From contig CAVOOH010000004.1 in assembly GCA_963697495.1 (NCBI GenBank), forward strand, positions 320,245 to 384,244: 64,000 nt of DNA, written 5' to 3'. This document shows positions 14,638-27,661 of this stretch, piece after piece. The notes beneath the pieces are model-generated. The model was not told the origin of the DNA. It ran no database searches and saw nothing but the letters and a program-made list of their open reading frames with translations. The number at the start of each line of letters is the position of its first letter. The first letter of the stretch is position 1. A program made the translations under genes and the position numbers. Source of the DNA: an uncultured Gammaproteobacteria bacterium. Its GTDB lineage: Bacteria; Pseudomonadota; Gammaproteobacteria; Xanthomonadales; Rhodanobacteraceae.

Positions 14638-14732
14638 GCCTCGTTCTCCCAGCCGAGACGGATCGGCGCGTCGGCATGACGGCGCGCGGCCACGCGCTTG
14701 TGCCACGACGGCGCCGGCGGCACCATGCACGG

Positions 14733-15377
14733 ATGATTGCCACGCACGCACCGACGCTTGCCAACGTAGCAGAGCACCTGCGCGATGACGAGATTCATGT
14801 GTGGCGGCTGGACTACCGCCCGCAGTACGGAAGGGCGCCGCTGCGTGCGGTGCTGGCTGCCTACCTCGGCGTCGTGGCGGAGCAGGTGACGTTGACGCAT
14901 GGCGAGCACGGCCGTCCGCTGCTCGCCGTCGGGCTGGATCCAACGCTGGGCTTCAACTGGTCGCACAGCGGCGGGCACGCGCTGGTCGCGGTCGGCCGGC
15001 ACATCGCGCCAGGGATCGATCTCGAATGCCTGCGTCCGCGCACGCGCGCACTGGCGATCGCCGAACGCTATTTCAGCACCGACGAGGCCGCGGCGCTGGC
15101 CGCACTGCCGGAGGCCGAGCGCAGCGCCGCCTTCCTCGAAGTGTGGACGGCCAAGGAAGCGGTATTGAAAGCGCTGGGGCGCGGCCTCGCGTTCGGCCTG
15201 GACCGGCTCAGCATCGCCAGCGCCGTCGACCGGCTGCAGCTGCAGCGGCTCGAGGGCGACGACGTCGGCGCCTGGCAGCTGCAGCGGCTTGCTATCGACG
15301 GCAGCCTGGTCGCCGCGCTGGCATGGCGTGGCGACGCGCGCCGGATCCGTCTCGGCACGCTTGCCAGCGGCGACTGA
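14733..15377 (+). CDS. 4'-phosphopantetheinyl transferase (Sfp/HetI type)
   Basis: [12 protein letters not shown] and [12 protein letters not shown] motifs. Confidence 0.9.
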   Translation: MIATHAPTLANVAEHLRDDEIHVWRLDYRPQYGRAPLRAVLAAYLGVVAEQVTLTHGEHGRPLLAVGLDPTLGFNWSHSGGHALVAVGRHIAPGIDLECLRPRTRALAIAERYFSTDEAAALAALPEAERSAAFLEVWTAKEAVLKALGRGLAFGLDRLSIASAVDRLQLQRLEGDDVGAWQLQRLAIDGSLVAALAWRGDARRIRLGTLASGD

Positions 15378-15468
15378 TCGGCGCACTGTTTCCGGTCCAT
15401 CGGCCGGCCCGCGCCGACCGCGGGCGCCATGCCGATCGCCCTCAACCGCCCGGGATCGTCCCTCCGCC

Positions 15469-16212
15469 ATGACCCTGCTCAGCGTCAACCTCAACAAGAT
15501 CGCCGTGCTGCGCAACTCGCGCGGCGGCCATGAACCGGACATCTGCCGCGCCGCGCAGACCTGCATCGAGGCTGGTTGCGGCGGCATCACCGTGCACCCG
15601 CGCCCGGACCAGCGCCACGTGCGGCCGGACGACGTGCGTGCGCTGGCCGCGATGCTGCGCGGGCGGGTCGAGTACAACATCGAAGGCAATCCGTTTGCCG
15701 GCGCCCGCGGCGAGTATCCCGGCCTGGTCGCGCTGGCGCGGGAAGTGCGCCCGACCCAGGTGACCCTGGTACCGGACGGCGACGGCCAGATCACCTCCGA
15801 CCACGGCTTCGACCTGCGCCGCGACATCGCGCGGCTGCGCCCGCTGGTCGGCGAGCTGTGCGACCTCGGTTGCCGGGTGAGCCTGTTCGTCGACGCCGGC
15901 AGCCAGGATTTCGACCTGGCCGCGGTGATCGGCGTGCAACGCATCGAGATCTACACCGGTCCCTACGCCGAGGCGTTCGCCGACGGCCAGCCCGCGGCGG
16001 CCCTGGCGTTGTGCGCCGACACCGCGCGGCGCGCGCAGCAGGCCGGGCTGGCGGTGAACGCGGGGCACGACCTCAGCCAGGCCAACCTGGGCACGTTCAA
16101 GGCGGCGATTCCCGGACTGGCCGAGGTATCGATCGGCCACGCGCTGATCGGCGAGGCGCTGTACGAGGGGCTGGCCACCACCGTGCGCAACTACCTGCAG
16201 ATCCTGCGCTGA
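15469..16212 (+). CDS. pdxJ: Pyridoxine 5'-phosphate synthase
   Basis: [42 protein letters not shown]. Confidence 0.95.
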   Translation: MTLLSVNLNKIAVLRNSRGGHEPDICRAAQTCIEAGCGGITVHPRPDQRHVRPDDVRALAAMLRGRVEYNIEGNPFAGARGEYPGLVALAREVRPTQVTLVPDGDGQITSDHGFDLRRDIARLRPLVGELCDLGCRVSLFVDAGSQDFDLAAVIGVQRIEIYTGPYAEAFADGQPAAALALCADTARRAQQAGLAVNAGHDLSQANLGTFKAAIPGLAEVSIGHALIGEALYEGLATTVRNYLQILR

Positions 16213-16256
16213 GCGGCTCCTGCGCAGGGGGCGTCGCCACGGCGGTCCGAGCGCGC

Positions 16257-16288
16257 AAACAAAAACCCCCGCACGGGGCGGGGGTCTT
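16257..16288. terminator. Intrinsic terminator, mainly for the exbD transcript
   Basis: ACCCCCGC-ACGGG-GCGGGGGT stem preceded by AAACAAAA, which is a U-tract on the minus strand. Confidence 0.75.
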
Positions 16289-16318
16289 CGATGTTGCATG
16301 CTGCCGGGGCAGCGCCGA

Positions 16319-16730
16319 TCAGAAGTTTTCGGTAAACCCGATCTTGACCAGGTTGTAGCTCTTCGCATCCGCCAGCACCCGTGCCACGTACTGGTAGGCC
16401 ACCGAGTCGTCCGCGGCGATCTGGATTTCCGGCTGGTTGTTCAACGTCTGCTGGCCGATCACCGCGAGCTGCGCCTTCAGGCCCAGCTCGTCCACCGGCG
16501 TGTCGTTCCAGTACAGCGCACCGGTCTGGTCGATCTTCAGGTGGATCGGATCCAGTGGGGTCGTCGGCGGTGATGGCGTTCGGGTTCGGCTGCGGCAGGT
16601 CGACCTGGATCTTGTGCGCCAGCACCGGCGCCGTGATCATGAAGATGATCAGCAGCACCAGCATCACGTCGACCAGCGGCGTGACGTTGATCTCCGACAT
16701 CGGACCGCTTGTCTTGGTAGTGAAAGCCAT
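16319..16730 (-). CDS. exbD2: ExbD/TolR family protein (second copy), frameshift near 16558
   Basis: [24 protein letters not shown]; the C-terminus ...[10 protein letters not shown] is in another frame; 412-bp span. Confidence 0.88.
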
Positions 16731-16736
16731 CTCAGG

Positions 16737-17159
16737 TCACCCCTTCGGCGCGTCAGTGGTCATGAAGCCGACATGCACCATGCCCGAGTCCTTGGCGTCG
16801 CCGATGATCTTCTTCACGATCTTGAACTCGGTGTTCTTGTCCGCGCGGATCTGCAGCTCGGGCTGGGGCGACTTCTGCGCGTTCACCGCAAACTGCGCCC
16901 GCAACTCGGCTTCCGTGACCAGATGATCATTGAAGTACATGCTGCCGTCCTGCTTGACCGCCAGATCCAGCGGCGGCACCGGCAGCTCCGCATCCTTGGT
17001 CTTCGGATTGGCCGTGGGCAAATCGATCGTGATGGAATGGGACATCAGCGGCGCGGTGATCATGAAGATGATCAGCAGTACCAACATCACGTCGACCAGC
17101 GGCGTGACGTTGATTTCCGACATCGGGCCGCCGGAATTGTCTCCTACGCTCATCGACAT
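16737..17159 (-). CDS. exbD1: ExbD/TolR family protein
   Basis: [29 protein letters not shown]. Confidence 0.93.
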   Translation of the reverse strand: MSMSVGDNSGGPMSEINVTPLVDVMLVLLIIFMITAPLMSHSITIDLPTANPKTKDAELPVPPLDLAVKQDGSMYFNDHLVTEAELRAQFAVNAQKSPQPELQIRADKNTEFKIVKKIIGDAKDSGMVHVGFMTTDAPKG

Positions 17160-17170
17160 GGGTCAATCCC

Positions 17171-17941
17171 TCACTTCGAGCTTTCGACGCGCGAACCAGT
17201 TGCGAAGAAGTCGTGCAGGTCGTGCGCGAATTCGTCGAAACGGGCATAGACCACGCGATTCGAGCGGCTGAAGAAGTTGTAGGCGAACAGTGCCGGGATG
17301 GCGGCGAACAGACCGAATGCCGTCATGATCAGCGCCTCACCCACCGGGCCGGCCACCGCGTTCATCGACGCGTTGCCGGAAGCGGCGATGCGAATCAGGG
17401 CGTGGTAGATGCCCCACACCGTACCGAGCAGACCGACGAACGGCGCGGCGGAGCCGACCGTGGCGAGCAGGGTCATGCCGCCTTCCAGGCGCAGGCTCTC
17501 GCGGGCCACGGCCTGACGCAGCGCGCGGTCGATGAACTCCGAGCGGCTCAGCGACTCGGCCAGGCGGCCGGTGGTGCCCGCCGACGTGGCCTGCTGGTGA
17601 TGGGCCACCGCCGAAGCGGCGTCGAGCGCGATCTTGGAGAACGGCTCGCTGCTCGGCTGGGCTTCCAGTTCGCGAATCGCGTCCTGGGTGGAGCCGTTGC
17701 CCCAGAAGCCGGAGATGACCTTTTCGGCGCGGGCCTTCACGGTGGCATTGCGGATGCCGTTGGCAATGATGAAGTACCACGACAGGAACGACATCACGAC
17801 CAGGGTCACGAAGACGACCCAGCCGAGCCAGTCGAAGTTCTGGAGCAGGGCGTCAAAGCCCATCTGTTTCATGGCTTCGGCGTTGGTATTGCCACCCATG
17901 GCCTGTGCGGCATCGGTCGTTGCAGGAGTCTGTAGGAACAT
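17171..17941 (-). CDS. exbB: MotA/TolQ/ExbB proton channel
   Basis: LATVGSAAPFVGLLGTVWGI, EALIMTAFGL. Confidence 0.93.
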   Translation of the reverse strand: MFLQTPATTDAAQAMGGNTNAEAMKQMGFDALLQNFDWLGWVVFVTLVVMSFLSWYFIIANGIRNATVKARAEKVISGFWGNGSTQDAIRELEAQPSSEPFSKIALDAASAVAHHQQATSAGTTGRLAESLSRSEFIDRALRQAVARESLRLEGGMTLLATVGSAAPFVGLLGTVWGIYHALIRIAASGNASMNAVAGPVGEALIMTAFGLFAAIPALFAYNFFSRSNRVVYARFDEFAHDLHDFFATGSRVESSK

Positions 17942-17997
17942 AACGCTACCCTAGGGAAGTCAAGCGTGAACTGTAACTGTAAACCGGAAAGATTCGG

Positions 17998-18657
17998 TTA
18001 CAGCTGGTTGAGATTGAAGTTGACCGGAACGCGTGCGTACCCTTCAACTTTTTGTCCATTTCGAATCGTTGGATTGAAGCGCCAACGACGTGCGGCATCC
18101 ATGGCAGCACGATCGAGTTCGTTGTAGCCGCTGGACCGGTCGATCTTGATGTCCTTCGGCGAACCATCCACGCCCACCAGGATCATCAGTATCACCGTAC
18201 CCTCATGCCGTTGACGAATCGCCTGCGGCGGATACTTCGGCTGAAGACGGCTGTTGTAGCTGAGGTCCGAACTGGCCGTGATATCCGCAGGCGGTGCCGG
18301 TGGTGCTGGCGGTGCCGGCGGCGGCGCCTGGACCGCGTTGGCCGAAACCTCTTCCACCGGTGGTGGCGGAGTCGGCGGCGGCGGAGTCGGCGGCGGCTTG
18401 ATCTGCTGGATGATCTTCGGCGGCGGCTGCTTCGGCGGCTCCGGCGGCGGCGGCGGTGGTGGCGGCGGCGGCGGCGGCGGCTCGATGAAGTTCACCTGGA
18501 CGATGCGCTCCTTTTCCTTGTGGTTCTGATTCGGCGGCGCCATCGGCGCCACGATCAACAGGAAAGCAAACGCATGCAACCCGATGGCAACTGCCAATGC
18601 CCAGGTGCGCTTCCAACTAAACGGCTCGCGCCCGATTTCTTCGTTACTTGAGGCCAT
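17998..18657 (-). CDS. tonB: Energy transducer TonB
   Basis: TM helix with conserved His, poly-Pro spacer, YPPQA...SSG...LDRAA...WRFNP C-domain. Confidence 0.93.
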   Translation of the reverse strand: MASSNEEIGREPFSWKRTWALAVAIGLHAFAFLLIVAPMAPPNQNHKEKERIVQVNFIEPPPPPPPPPPPPPEPPKQPPPKIIQQIKPPPTPPPPTPPPPVEEVSANAVQAPPPAPPAPPAPPADITASSDLSYNSRLQPKYPPQAIRQRHEGTVILMILVGVDGSPKDIKIDRSSGYNELDRAAMDAARRWRFNPTIRNGQKVEGYARVPVNFNLNQL

Positions 18658-18872
18658 CTGTCACTATCTGGAGCTGATCAATCGGAAGAGAACGTTGCCG
18701 CAGGGCTTGACCCGAAACCGTCTGATGCCTGGACGGACCCGGAGGGAACTTGCCACTGGGGAGACGCTAGGGAAAGGTTTCAACGGTACAACAGCACATG
18801 GCATTTGTATAGCACCGCGGGGCAGACGATATGGACGTCCATCCACCCGCGGCGTGCCGCGTGCTTCGAGCA

Positions 18873-20166
18873 TCAGCCGGCTTCGGCCTTTTTCAACCAG
18901 TCCTTGGCCTTCGCGGCCGTTTCCGGGTCCTGCGCCGCCTTCTTCATCGCGGTGATCGCGGCCGGCTTGTTCTTCAGGCCACGCTCGGACTCGGCCAGCA
19001 GCATGTACGCCGTGCCCTTGTGCTTCACGCCCTTGTCGATGGCCTGCTGGATCAGGCCCTTGGCCTGGCTGTACTTGTTTTCGGTCAGCAGCAGGCGCCC
19101 GGCGCGAAGCGCAGGCTCGCCATCGGTGGCGAGCGGCTGCGCCTTGTTGTAGTAGCCAATCGCCTTGTCGAAGTTGTTCGCGATCTCGGCGGACTGACCC
19201 AGCAGCACGTAGGTTTCCGCGTCGGGCTTGACCACACCCTTGCTGATGCCTTCCTCGAGCACCTGATTGGCCTTCGCCGCGTTCGGCGCCGGATCGGAGC
19301 TTTCCTGGCCGGTGATCAGATACAGCTTGGCCAGGTTCACATACTGCGTGTCCTTGGTGAGCGTGCCGTCGGCGCGGGCCTTTTCCATCATCTGGATCGC
19401 TTCCGGATACTTGTGCGCCTGCATCAGCACCGCGACCGCGTTGTTGAGCGCGTTCGGATCGTTCGGATTGGAAGCTGAGCTGGTTCTTGGCCAGCTCGGC
19501 GGCCTTTTCATCCTGGCCGGACTCGGAATAGCTGGCCATCAGGATCTGGTCCCAGGTCGGCTGCGGCTTGTCGGTCAGCGACTTGGCCTTGTTGATCGCG
19601 GCGATCGCCTCGGGATACTTGTTCAGCCGGTACTCGGCGTTGCCCTCGAGCGCATACGAGTCGGCGGTTTCCTTCTTGCCCTCGGCGCGCCACTTGGCGA
19701 TCGTGTCCAGCGCGGGCTGGTACTGCTCGTCGGCCATCTGGAACTGCGCCAGCATGTACATCAGCTGGAAGTAGGTATCGTTCGGCATCACACCGATGGC
19801 CAGCGAGCGCTGCAGCGAGCTGATCGCGCCTTTGTAGTCGCCGTCGTTGTAGTTGAGGCTGGCCATGCCCTGCAGGGCGAGCGCCTGCGCATACTTGCTC
19901 TTGCTGTCGTCGACGAGCGGCTGCAGCAGTCTGCTCGGCCTTGGCCTTGTCGCCTTCGTTGACCGCATCGAGACCGTCGTTGAGGGCCTTCTGGTCCTTG
20001 TCGCTGGTCAGGTCGAGCTTCGGCTCGGCGCGCGTCGCGTTCGGGTACAGCACTTCCTTCTTGGGCTTGGCATCGTCGGCTGTCGCGCGCCATCGCCGGA
20101 CTGCTGGCCACGCCGAACAACAGCGCGACGCTCGCCAGCACGGTCAACCCTCGGGACATGCTTCAT
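18873..20166 (-). CDS. Exported tetratricopeptide-repeat protein, several apparent frameshifts (about 20160, 20085, 19930, 19475)
   Basis: Signal peptide (SRGLTVLASVALLFGVASSPAMA), TPR helices split over several frames, GAGGA RBS before the ATG at 20166; lies between gyrB and tonB. Confidence 0.8.
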
Positions 20167-20272
20167 GGTGATCCTCGTATGTCGGGCGTGTCGAAATGAC
20201 GCGGGGGATTACGAAGCGTAACCCGACCGGCAAGGGATAACAAGCTGCAGCGCCGCATTAAAGTTTGTTAAA

Positions 20273-20285
20273 AATCAATTAGTTA
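20273..20285 (+). promoter_or_regulatory. IHF consensus site upstream of the TPR gene
   Basis: AATCAATTAGTTA matches WATCAANNNNTTR in an AT-rich patch. Confidence 0.5.
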
Positions 20286-20444
20286 GCAACCATCCACGGC
20301 CGATGGACAGGTCAGTTGCACCGTGTACCGGCCGCCACCGGGTGCGTCCGCCCTGCCCGGCTGCGGCGAGCCGTCCGGTGCGGGCGCACCGGAATGTTCG
20401 CGCCGGCGCCTTCGTCGGGCCGCAGCCGCGTCGGCCCGATCGGC

Positions 20445-22979
<2,535 letters not shown>

Positions 22980-24068
22980 TTATAGCAGGCGCGCCAGCTC
23001 GACCTTGTTCCACGTGGAACACGCGTGCGGGGAGCGCCTTGCAACGCCGTCGGCAGTTCGGTGCCGGTGAGCAGGATCTGGGCATCGGCTGCCGCCAGTT
23101 GCGCCACCACGGCGGCCTGATGAGCCTGATCCAGTTCCGAGGCGAGGTCGTCCAGGCAGACGATCGGCCATTCGCCGCGGCTGCTCGGCGTACAACTCGG
23201 CCTGGGCCAGCATGCAGGCCAGCGCGGTGAGTTTTTCCTGACCGCGGGACAGATGCTCGCGCAGCGGCGCATGCTCGAACGCGACCGACCAGTCGGCGCG
23301 ATGCGCGCCCAGCGTGGTGTGCCCCCGGGCCAGATCCCTGCCCCGCTGCTCGCTCAACTGGTCGCGCCAGGTCCAGTTCTTCCGACCAGCCACGGCGGTA
23401 ACGCAAGTCGAGCGCGCCCAGTTCCGGCAGCAATCCGGCGATGCTGGCCAGCAGCTTGGGGCGCAGCCGATCCAGGTAGGCACGTCGCTGCACGGTCGAT
23501 GTGATGGGCGGACTGCGCCAGCTCCGCTTCCCACGGCGCGAACAGGGCATCGGTCGCTGCCGGTTGCAGAACGCAACAGGCTGTTGCGCTGCTTCAGCGC
23601 CCGTTGATAGCGCCGCCAGGCACGACAGGAAGTCATGTTCCACGTGGAACACGCCCCAGTCCAGGTAACGGCGGCGCTCCTCGGCCGCACCGGCGATCAG
23701 CGCATGCGAACCGGGCTCGAAGCAGACCACCGCGCATTCGCGCACCAGTTGCCCGAGTGCCACATTCTCGCCATCCAGTTTCGCTTCCCAGCGACACCCC
23801 GTCGCGACCCAGGCCCAGCCGGCAGACGCGCTGATCGGCGTGGCGCAATTCGGCGAAGACCGAGAGTTGCGGCGTGCCCCGCTGCAGCAGCGCCTCCTTC
23901 GCCCCGCTACGAAACGAGCGGGCATGCGACAGCAGGAAGGCCGCCTCCAACACGCTGGTCTTGCCGGCGCCATTCGCGCCCACGAAGACATTGATCACCG
24001 GGATCCAGCGCGATGCCCACGTCGGTGAGGCAGCGCAACCCGCGCATGCGCAACTGCTCCAGCCTCAT
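22980..24068 (-). CDS. recF: DNA replication/repair protein RecF, multiple apparent frameshifts
   Basis: GANGAGKTS Walker [23 protein letters not shown] and [10 protein letters not shown] across frames. Confidence 0.95.
23006..23021. other. parS: parS centromere site
   Basis: Perfect palindrome TGTTCCACGTGGAACA, origin-proximal. Confidence 0.88.
23636..23651. other. parS: parS centromere site
   Basis: Second identical TGTTCCACGTGGAACA. Confidence 0.88.
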
Positions 24069-24091
24069 GCGCGGCGTCCGCCCACAAACAA

Positions 24092-24126
24092 CAACGCCGG
24101 AGTCCCTGCAGGGGACCCCGGCGTTG
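24092..24126 (-). terminator. Hairpin between dnaN and recF
   Basis: CAACGCCGG-AGTCCC...GGGAC-CCCGGCGTTG, followed on the minus strand by TTGTTTGT. Confidence 0.5.
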
Positions 24127-24171
24127 CCAGTGGTCGCACTGCACATGGCGGCAAGACCATGCCGTGAGCCG

Positions 24172-25274
24172 TCAGAGCCGCAGCGGCATGATCACGTGGC
24201 GGGCATGCTCGTTGTCGTGCTCCTGCACCAGGCAGCTGGACTGGGCATCGCGCAGGCTGAGCCGGGCCTTGTCGCCGCGCAGCGCGGCCAGCGCGTCGAG
24301 CAGGTAGCCGACGTTGAAACCGACCGCCAGATCGGACACGTGGGTGTCGGCCTCGACTTCCTCGACCGCCTCTTCCTGTTCCGGGTTGTGCGCCACGATG
24401 CGCAGCTTGCCCGGCGACAGTTCCAGCCGCACGCCGCGGTACTTCTCGTTCGACAGGATCGCCGCACGCTGCAAGGCACCGCGCAGCACTTCGCGATCCA
24501 GCGTGGCGGTCTTGTCCGCGCCGAGCGGAATGACCGCTTCGTAGTCCGGGAAGCGGCCGTCGATCAGCTTGGAGGTGAACACCACGTCGCCGCGGCGCAC
24601 GCGCAGGTGGTTGCGGCCGAACTCCAGTTCGACCTGACCATCGCCGGTTTCCAGCAAGCCGACCAGCTCGTTGACGCCCTTGCGCGGAATGATGATCTGC
24701 CGGCGCGTGCTAACCGAACTCTGCAGCTCGGGTTTCCTTCATCGCCAGACGATGGCCGTCGGTAGCCACGCAGCGCAGGGTGTGTTCCTGCAGGTCCAGC
24801 AGCATGCCGTTGAGGTAGTAGCGCACGTCCTGGTTCGCCATCGCGAACGCGGTGCGTTCCATCAGGTCGCGCAGCGCTTCTTCCGGCAGGCTGACCTTTT
24901 CCACCAGTTCGATCTCGTCGACGGTGGGAAACTCGCTGGCCGGCAGAGTGGTCAGCGTGAAGCGGCTGCGTCCGGCATTCAGCGCCACGCGGTCGCCGTT
25001 GAGCTTGAGCTCGATCCGCGCGCCGTCGGGCAGGGCTCGCACGATGTCGAACAGCTTGCGCGCGGGAATGGTGATTTCGCCGTCGGCCAGCTTCTCGGCC
25101 TCCGTGGTGGCCACCATCTCCACTTCCAGATCGGTGCCGGTGAGCGACAGTTTGCCGCCAGCCGACCTTGACCAGCAGGTTGGCCAGCACGGGCAGCGTC
25201 TGGCGACGTTCAACCACACCGACCACCTGCTGCAGCGGTTTGAGCAGAGCTTCTCGTTGGATGCTGAATTGCAT
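24172..25274 (-). CDS. dnaN: DNA polymerase III beta sliding clamp, apparent frameshifts near 25160 and 24715
   Basis: VVERRQTLPVLANL, TGTDLEVE, QDVRYYLNG, ATDGHRL, KLIDGRFPDY, C-terminal VIMPLRL. Confidence 0.97.
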
Positions 25275-25522
25275 GGCTATGCTTCCCCTATGCCTGCTGT
25301 TCTGTCTTTAAAAGAAGTTAGTGGTTGTTGTTGGCCGGTGGATAACTTTTATATCGGTTTATTATTGTTCAAAATCAACGTCTTGATACTGTTTTATGGC
25401 TGTGCTTGGCGGGGCTGCCTGACTGTGGACTCATTTGTGGATAACTTCAGGGCGTGCATCCATCCACCTATTATCCACAGCTTGAGCCCCCGCTTATCCA
25501 TAATCTTGTGCGCCGCCGTCGC
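25275..25522. other. oriC: Chromosomal replication origin
   Basis: AT-rich dnaA-dnaN spacer; perfect DnaA boxes at 25436-25444 and 25471-25479, one-mismatch boxes at 25337-25345 and 25494-25502; IHF consensus at 25373-25385. Confidence 0.9.
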
Positions 25523-26851
25523 TCAACCGGTCAGCGTCCGGATCAATTGCTCCCAGTCCTGGCGCATCCGCGCGTCGGTCTCGACGAACTTGCGGATCGT
25601 CTTGCAGGCGTGCATCACCGTGGTGTGGTCGCGTCCACCGAATGCCTCGCCGATCTCCGGCAGGCTGTGTTCGGTGAGCTCCTTGGACAGGGTCATCGCG
25701 ATCTGCCGCGGCCGCGCCAGCGAACGCACGCGGCGCTTGGACAGCAGGTCCTGCAGGCGCACGTTGAAGTATTCGGCGGTGATCTTCTGGATGTTCGGGA
25801 TGGTGATCGCCTGCGCGTGCGTGGCCAGCAGGTCACGCAGGGTTTCCTCGGCGAAATCGGTGGTGATCGGCTTGCCGTAGAAGTTCGCGCGCGCCGCCAG
25901 CGTGTTCAGCGCGCCTTCGAGGTCGCGCACGTTGGAGCGGATCCGCTTGGCCAGCAGCATCGCCACGTTCTCGTCCACCGCCACGCCCTTCTCATGCGCC
26001 TTGGCCAGCAGGATCGCCGCGCGCGTCTCGAAATCCGGCGGTTCGATCGCGACGCTCAGGCCCCAGCCCAACCGCGATTTCAGCCGTGGCTCCAGCTTGT
26101 CCACTTCCTTCGGGTAGCGGTCGCAGGTCAGGATGATCTGCTGCTTGGATTCGAACAACGCGTTGAAGGTATGGAAGAACTCCTCCTGCGTGGTGTCCTT
26201 GCCGGCAAAGAACTGGATGTCGTCGATCAGCAGCGCGTCGACCGAGCGGAAGCGCAGCTTGAACTGGTCCATGCTCTTCGCGCGCAGCGCTTCGATCATC
26301 GAGCCGACGAACTGTTCCGAACGCAGGTACAGCACCTTGCAGTCCGGGTTGCGCTCGCGCATCAGGTTGCCGGCGGCGTGCATCAGATGGGTCTTGCCGA
26401 GGCCGGTGCCGCCGTACAGCAGCAGCGGGTTGTAGGCGCGGCCGGGGTTCTGCGCCACCTGCATCGCGGCGGCCTTGCCGAGCTGGTTCGACTTGCCCTC
26501 GACGAAGGTCTCGAAGGTGTAGTGCGGGTCCAGGTTGTGGCTGAACGCGGGCGCCGGGGCTGCGGCGGGCCGGGGTGCCGCGGCCGGCTTGGCGGCCGGC
26601 GCTGGACGGACCGCGCTGGAGCCCACTTCCAGCCGCACCGGGCACGGCTTGCCGCCGAGTTGCAGCAGCACGGCCTCGATCTGTTCCAGGTAGCGCTCGC
26701 GTACGGTGTCCAGGGTGTAGGAATTCGGCGCGAACAGCTGCAGGCCGTTGGCGTCGTCGCGCGCCTGCAGCGGCATCAGCCAGGTGTGCAGGTCTTCGGC
26801 GCTCAGATCGCCTTCGAGGCGCTCAAGGCAGCGCCGCCACAGATCACTCAT
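25523..26851 (-). CDS. dnaA: Chromosomal replication initiator DnaA
   Basis: [45 protein letters not shown]. Confidence 0.98.
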   Translation of the reverse strand: MSDLWRRCLERLEGDLSAEDLHTWLMPLQARDDANGLQLFAPNSYTLDTVRERYLEQIEAVLLQLGGKPCPVRLEVGSSAVRPAPAAKPAAAPRPAAAPAPAFSHNLDPHYTFETFVEGKSNQLGKAAAMQVAQNPGRAYNPLLLYGGTGLGKTHLMHAAGNLMRERNPDCKVLYLRSEQFVGSMIEALRAKSMDQFKLRFRSVDALLIDDIQFFAGKDTTQEEFFHTFNALFESKQQIILTCDRYPKEVDKLEPRLKSRLGWGLSVAIEPPDFETRAAILLAKAHEKGVAVDENVAMLLAKRIRSNVRDLEGALNTLAARANFYGKPITTDFAEETLRDLLATHAQAITIPNIQKITAEYFNVRLQDLLSKRRVRSLARPRQIAMTLSKELTEHSLPEIGEAFGGRDHTTVMHACKTIRKFVETDARMRQDWEQLIRTLTG

Positions 26852-26935
26852 GAATAAAATCAACCACAGCTTGGAGCGCTTGCGCGCGGGGTGATGGAGT
26901 AGTCTAGCAGCCTCCCCCGCGCCCTCGGCCGCCAC

Positions 26936-27025
26936 ATATCCACATGGGTATCCACAGGGCGTGATCCGCTGCCATTTGACAGGGGCGGCGGCTACCCCAC
27001 ATACTTTCCAACCTTTTTATCCACA
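26936..27025. promoter_or_regulatory. dnaA/rpmH divergent promoter region with DnaA boxes
   Basis: ATATCCACA at 26936, GTATCCACA at 26948, TTATCCACA at 27017; TTGACA(26976)-N18-CATACT(27000) facing rpmH. Confidence 0.75.
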
Positions 27026-27043
27026 TTCCCTTCGGAGTAAGCC

Positions 27044-27178
27044 ATGAAGCGGACCTTCCAGCCCAGCAAGCTCAAGCGCGCTCGCACGCACGGTTTCCGT
27101 GCCCGTATGGCCACCGCCGACGGTCGCAAGATCCTCAGCGCCCGTCGCGCCAAGGGTCGCAAGCGCCTGATCCCGTAA
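27044..27178 (+). CDS. rpmH: 50S ribosomal protein L34 (not in the ORF track)
   Basis: Manual translation [51 protein letters not shown]. Confidence 0.98.
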   Translation: MKRTFQPSKLKRARTHGFRARMATADGRKILSARRAKGRKRLIP

Positions 27179-27192
27179 TCGGCGCAGGAGTC

Positions 27193-27597
27193 ATGTCCAC
27201 CGCCGGGCTGCCGCGCGAAGCGCGGTTACGTCGGCCGGGTGACTTCGCCGCCTTGCGGACAAGCAGCGGACGCGCAGGCGGCCGCTGTTTTCATATGCGT
27301 TATCGCGACAACGAGCTGGGCCATGCCCGGTTGGGTCTGGCGATTTCCAAGCGCGTCTCCAAGCGCGCGGTCGAGCGCAACCGGATCAAGCGGTTGCTGC
27401 GCGAGTCGTTCCGACGCGTGCGCCACCAGTTGCCGGCGATCGACATGATGGTGATGGCGCGCGAGCAAGCTGCCGGCGTGCCCGGGCCGCAACTGCTCGC
27501 CGAGCTCGACGGGTTGTGGAAAAAGCTGCTGGCCAGCCGGCCCGGGCCTTCCGAACCATTGAAGCGCGCCGGCGACACCACCACAATCGAGCGTTGA
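27193..27597 (+). CDS. rnpA: Ribonuclease P protein component
   Basis: RLGLAISKRVSKRAVERNRIKR (RNR motif); synteny. Confidence 0.96.
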   Translation: MSTAGLPREARLRRPGDFAALRTSSGRAGGRCFHMRYRDNELGHARLGLAISKRVSKRAVERNRIKRLLRESFRRVRHQLPAIDMMVMAREQAAGVPGPQLLAELDGLWKKLLASRPGPSEPLKRAGDTTTIER

Positions 27598-27661
27598 CCT
27601 TTTTCCTTCCTGTCTCCGCGGCGTTGACAAGTGTCGTGGCGTTACCCGGATCTGCTACGCG

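Noticed and set aside
16630..17125. Direct repeat of about 75 bp at roughly 16630-16705 and 17050-17125
   Set aside because: These are the conserved TM-coding segments of the paralogues exbD1 and exbD2
18380..18480. GGC/GGT trinucleotide tandem repeat
   Set aside because: It encodes the normal poly-proline spacer of TonB
27598..27661. Absence of yidD between rnpA and yidC
   Set aside because: yidD is often missing from this operon, so its absence is not informative
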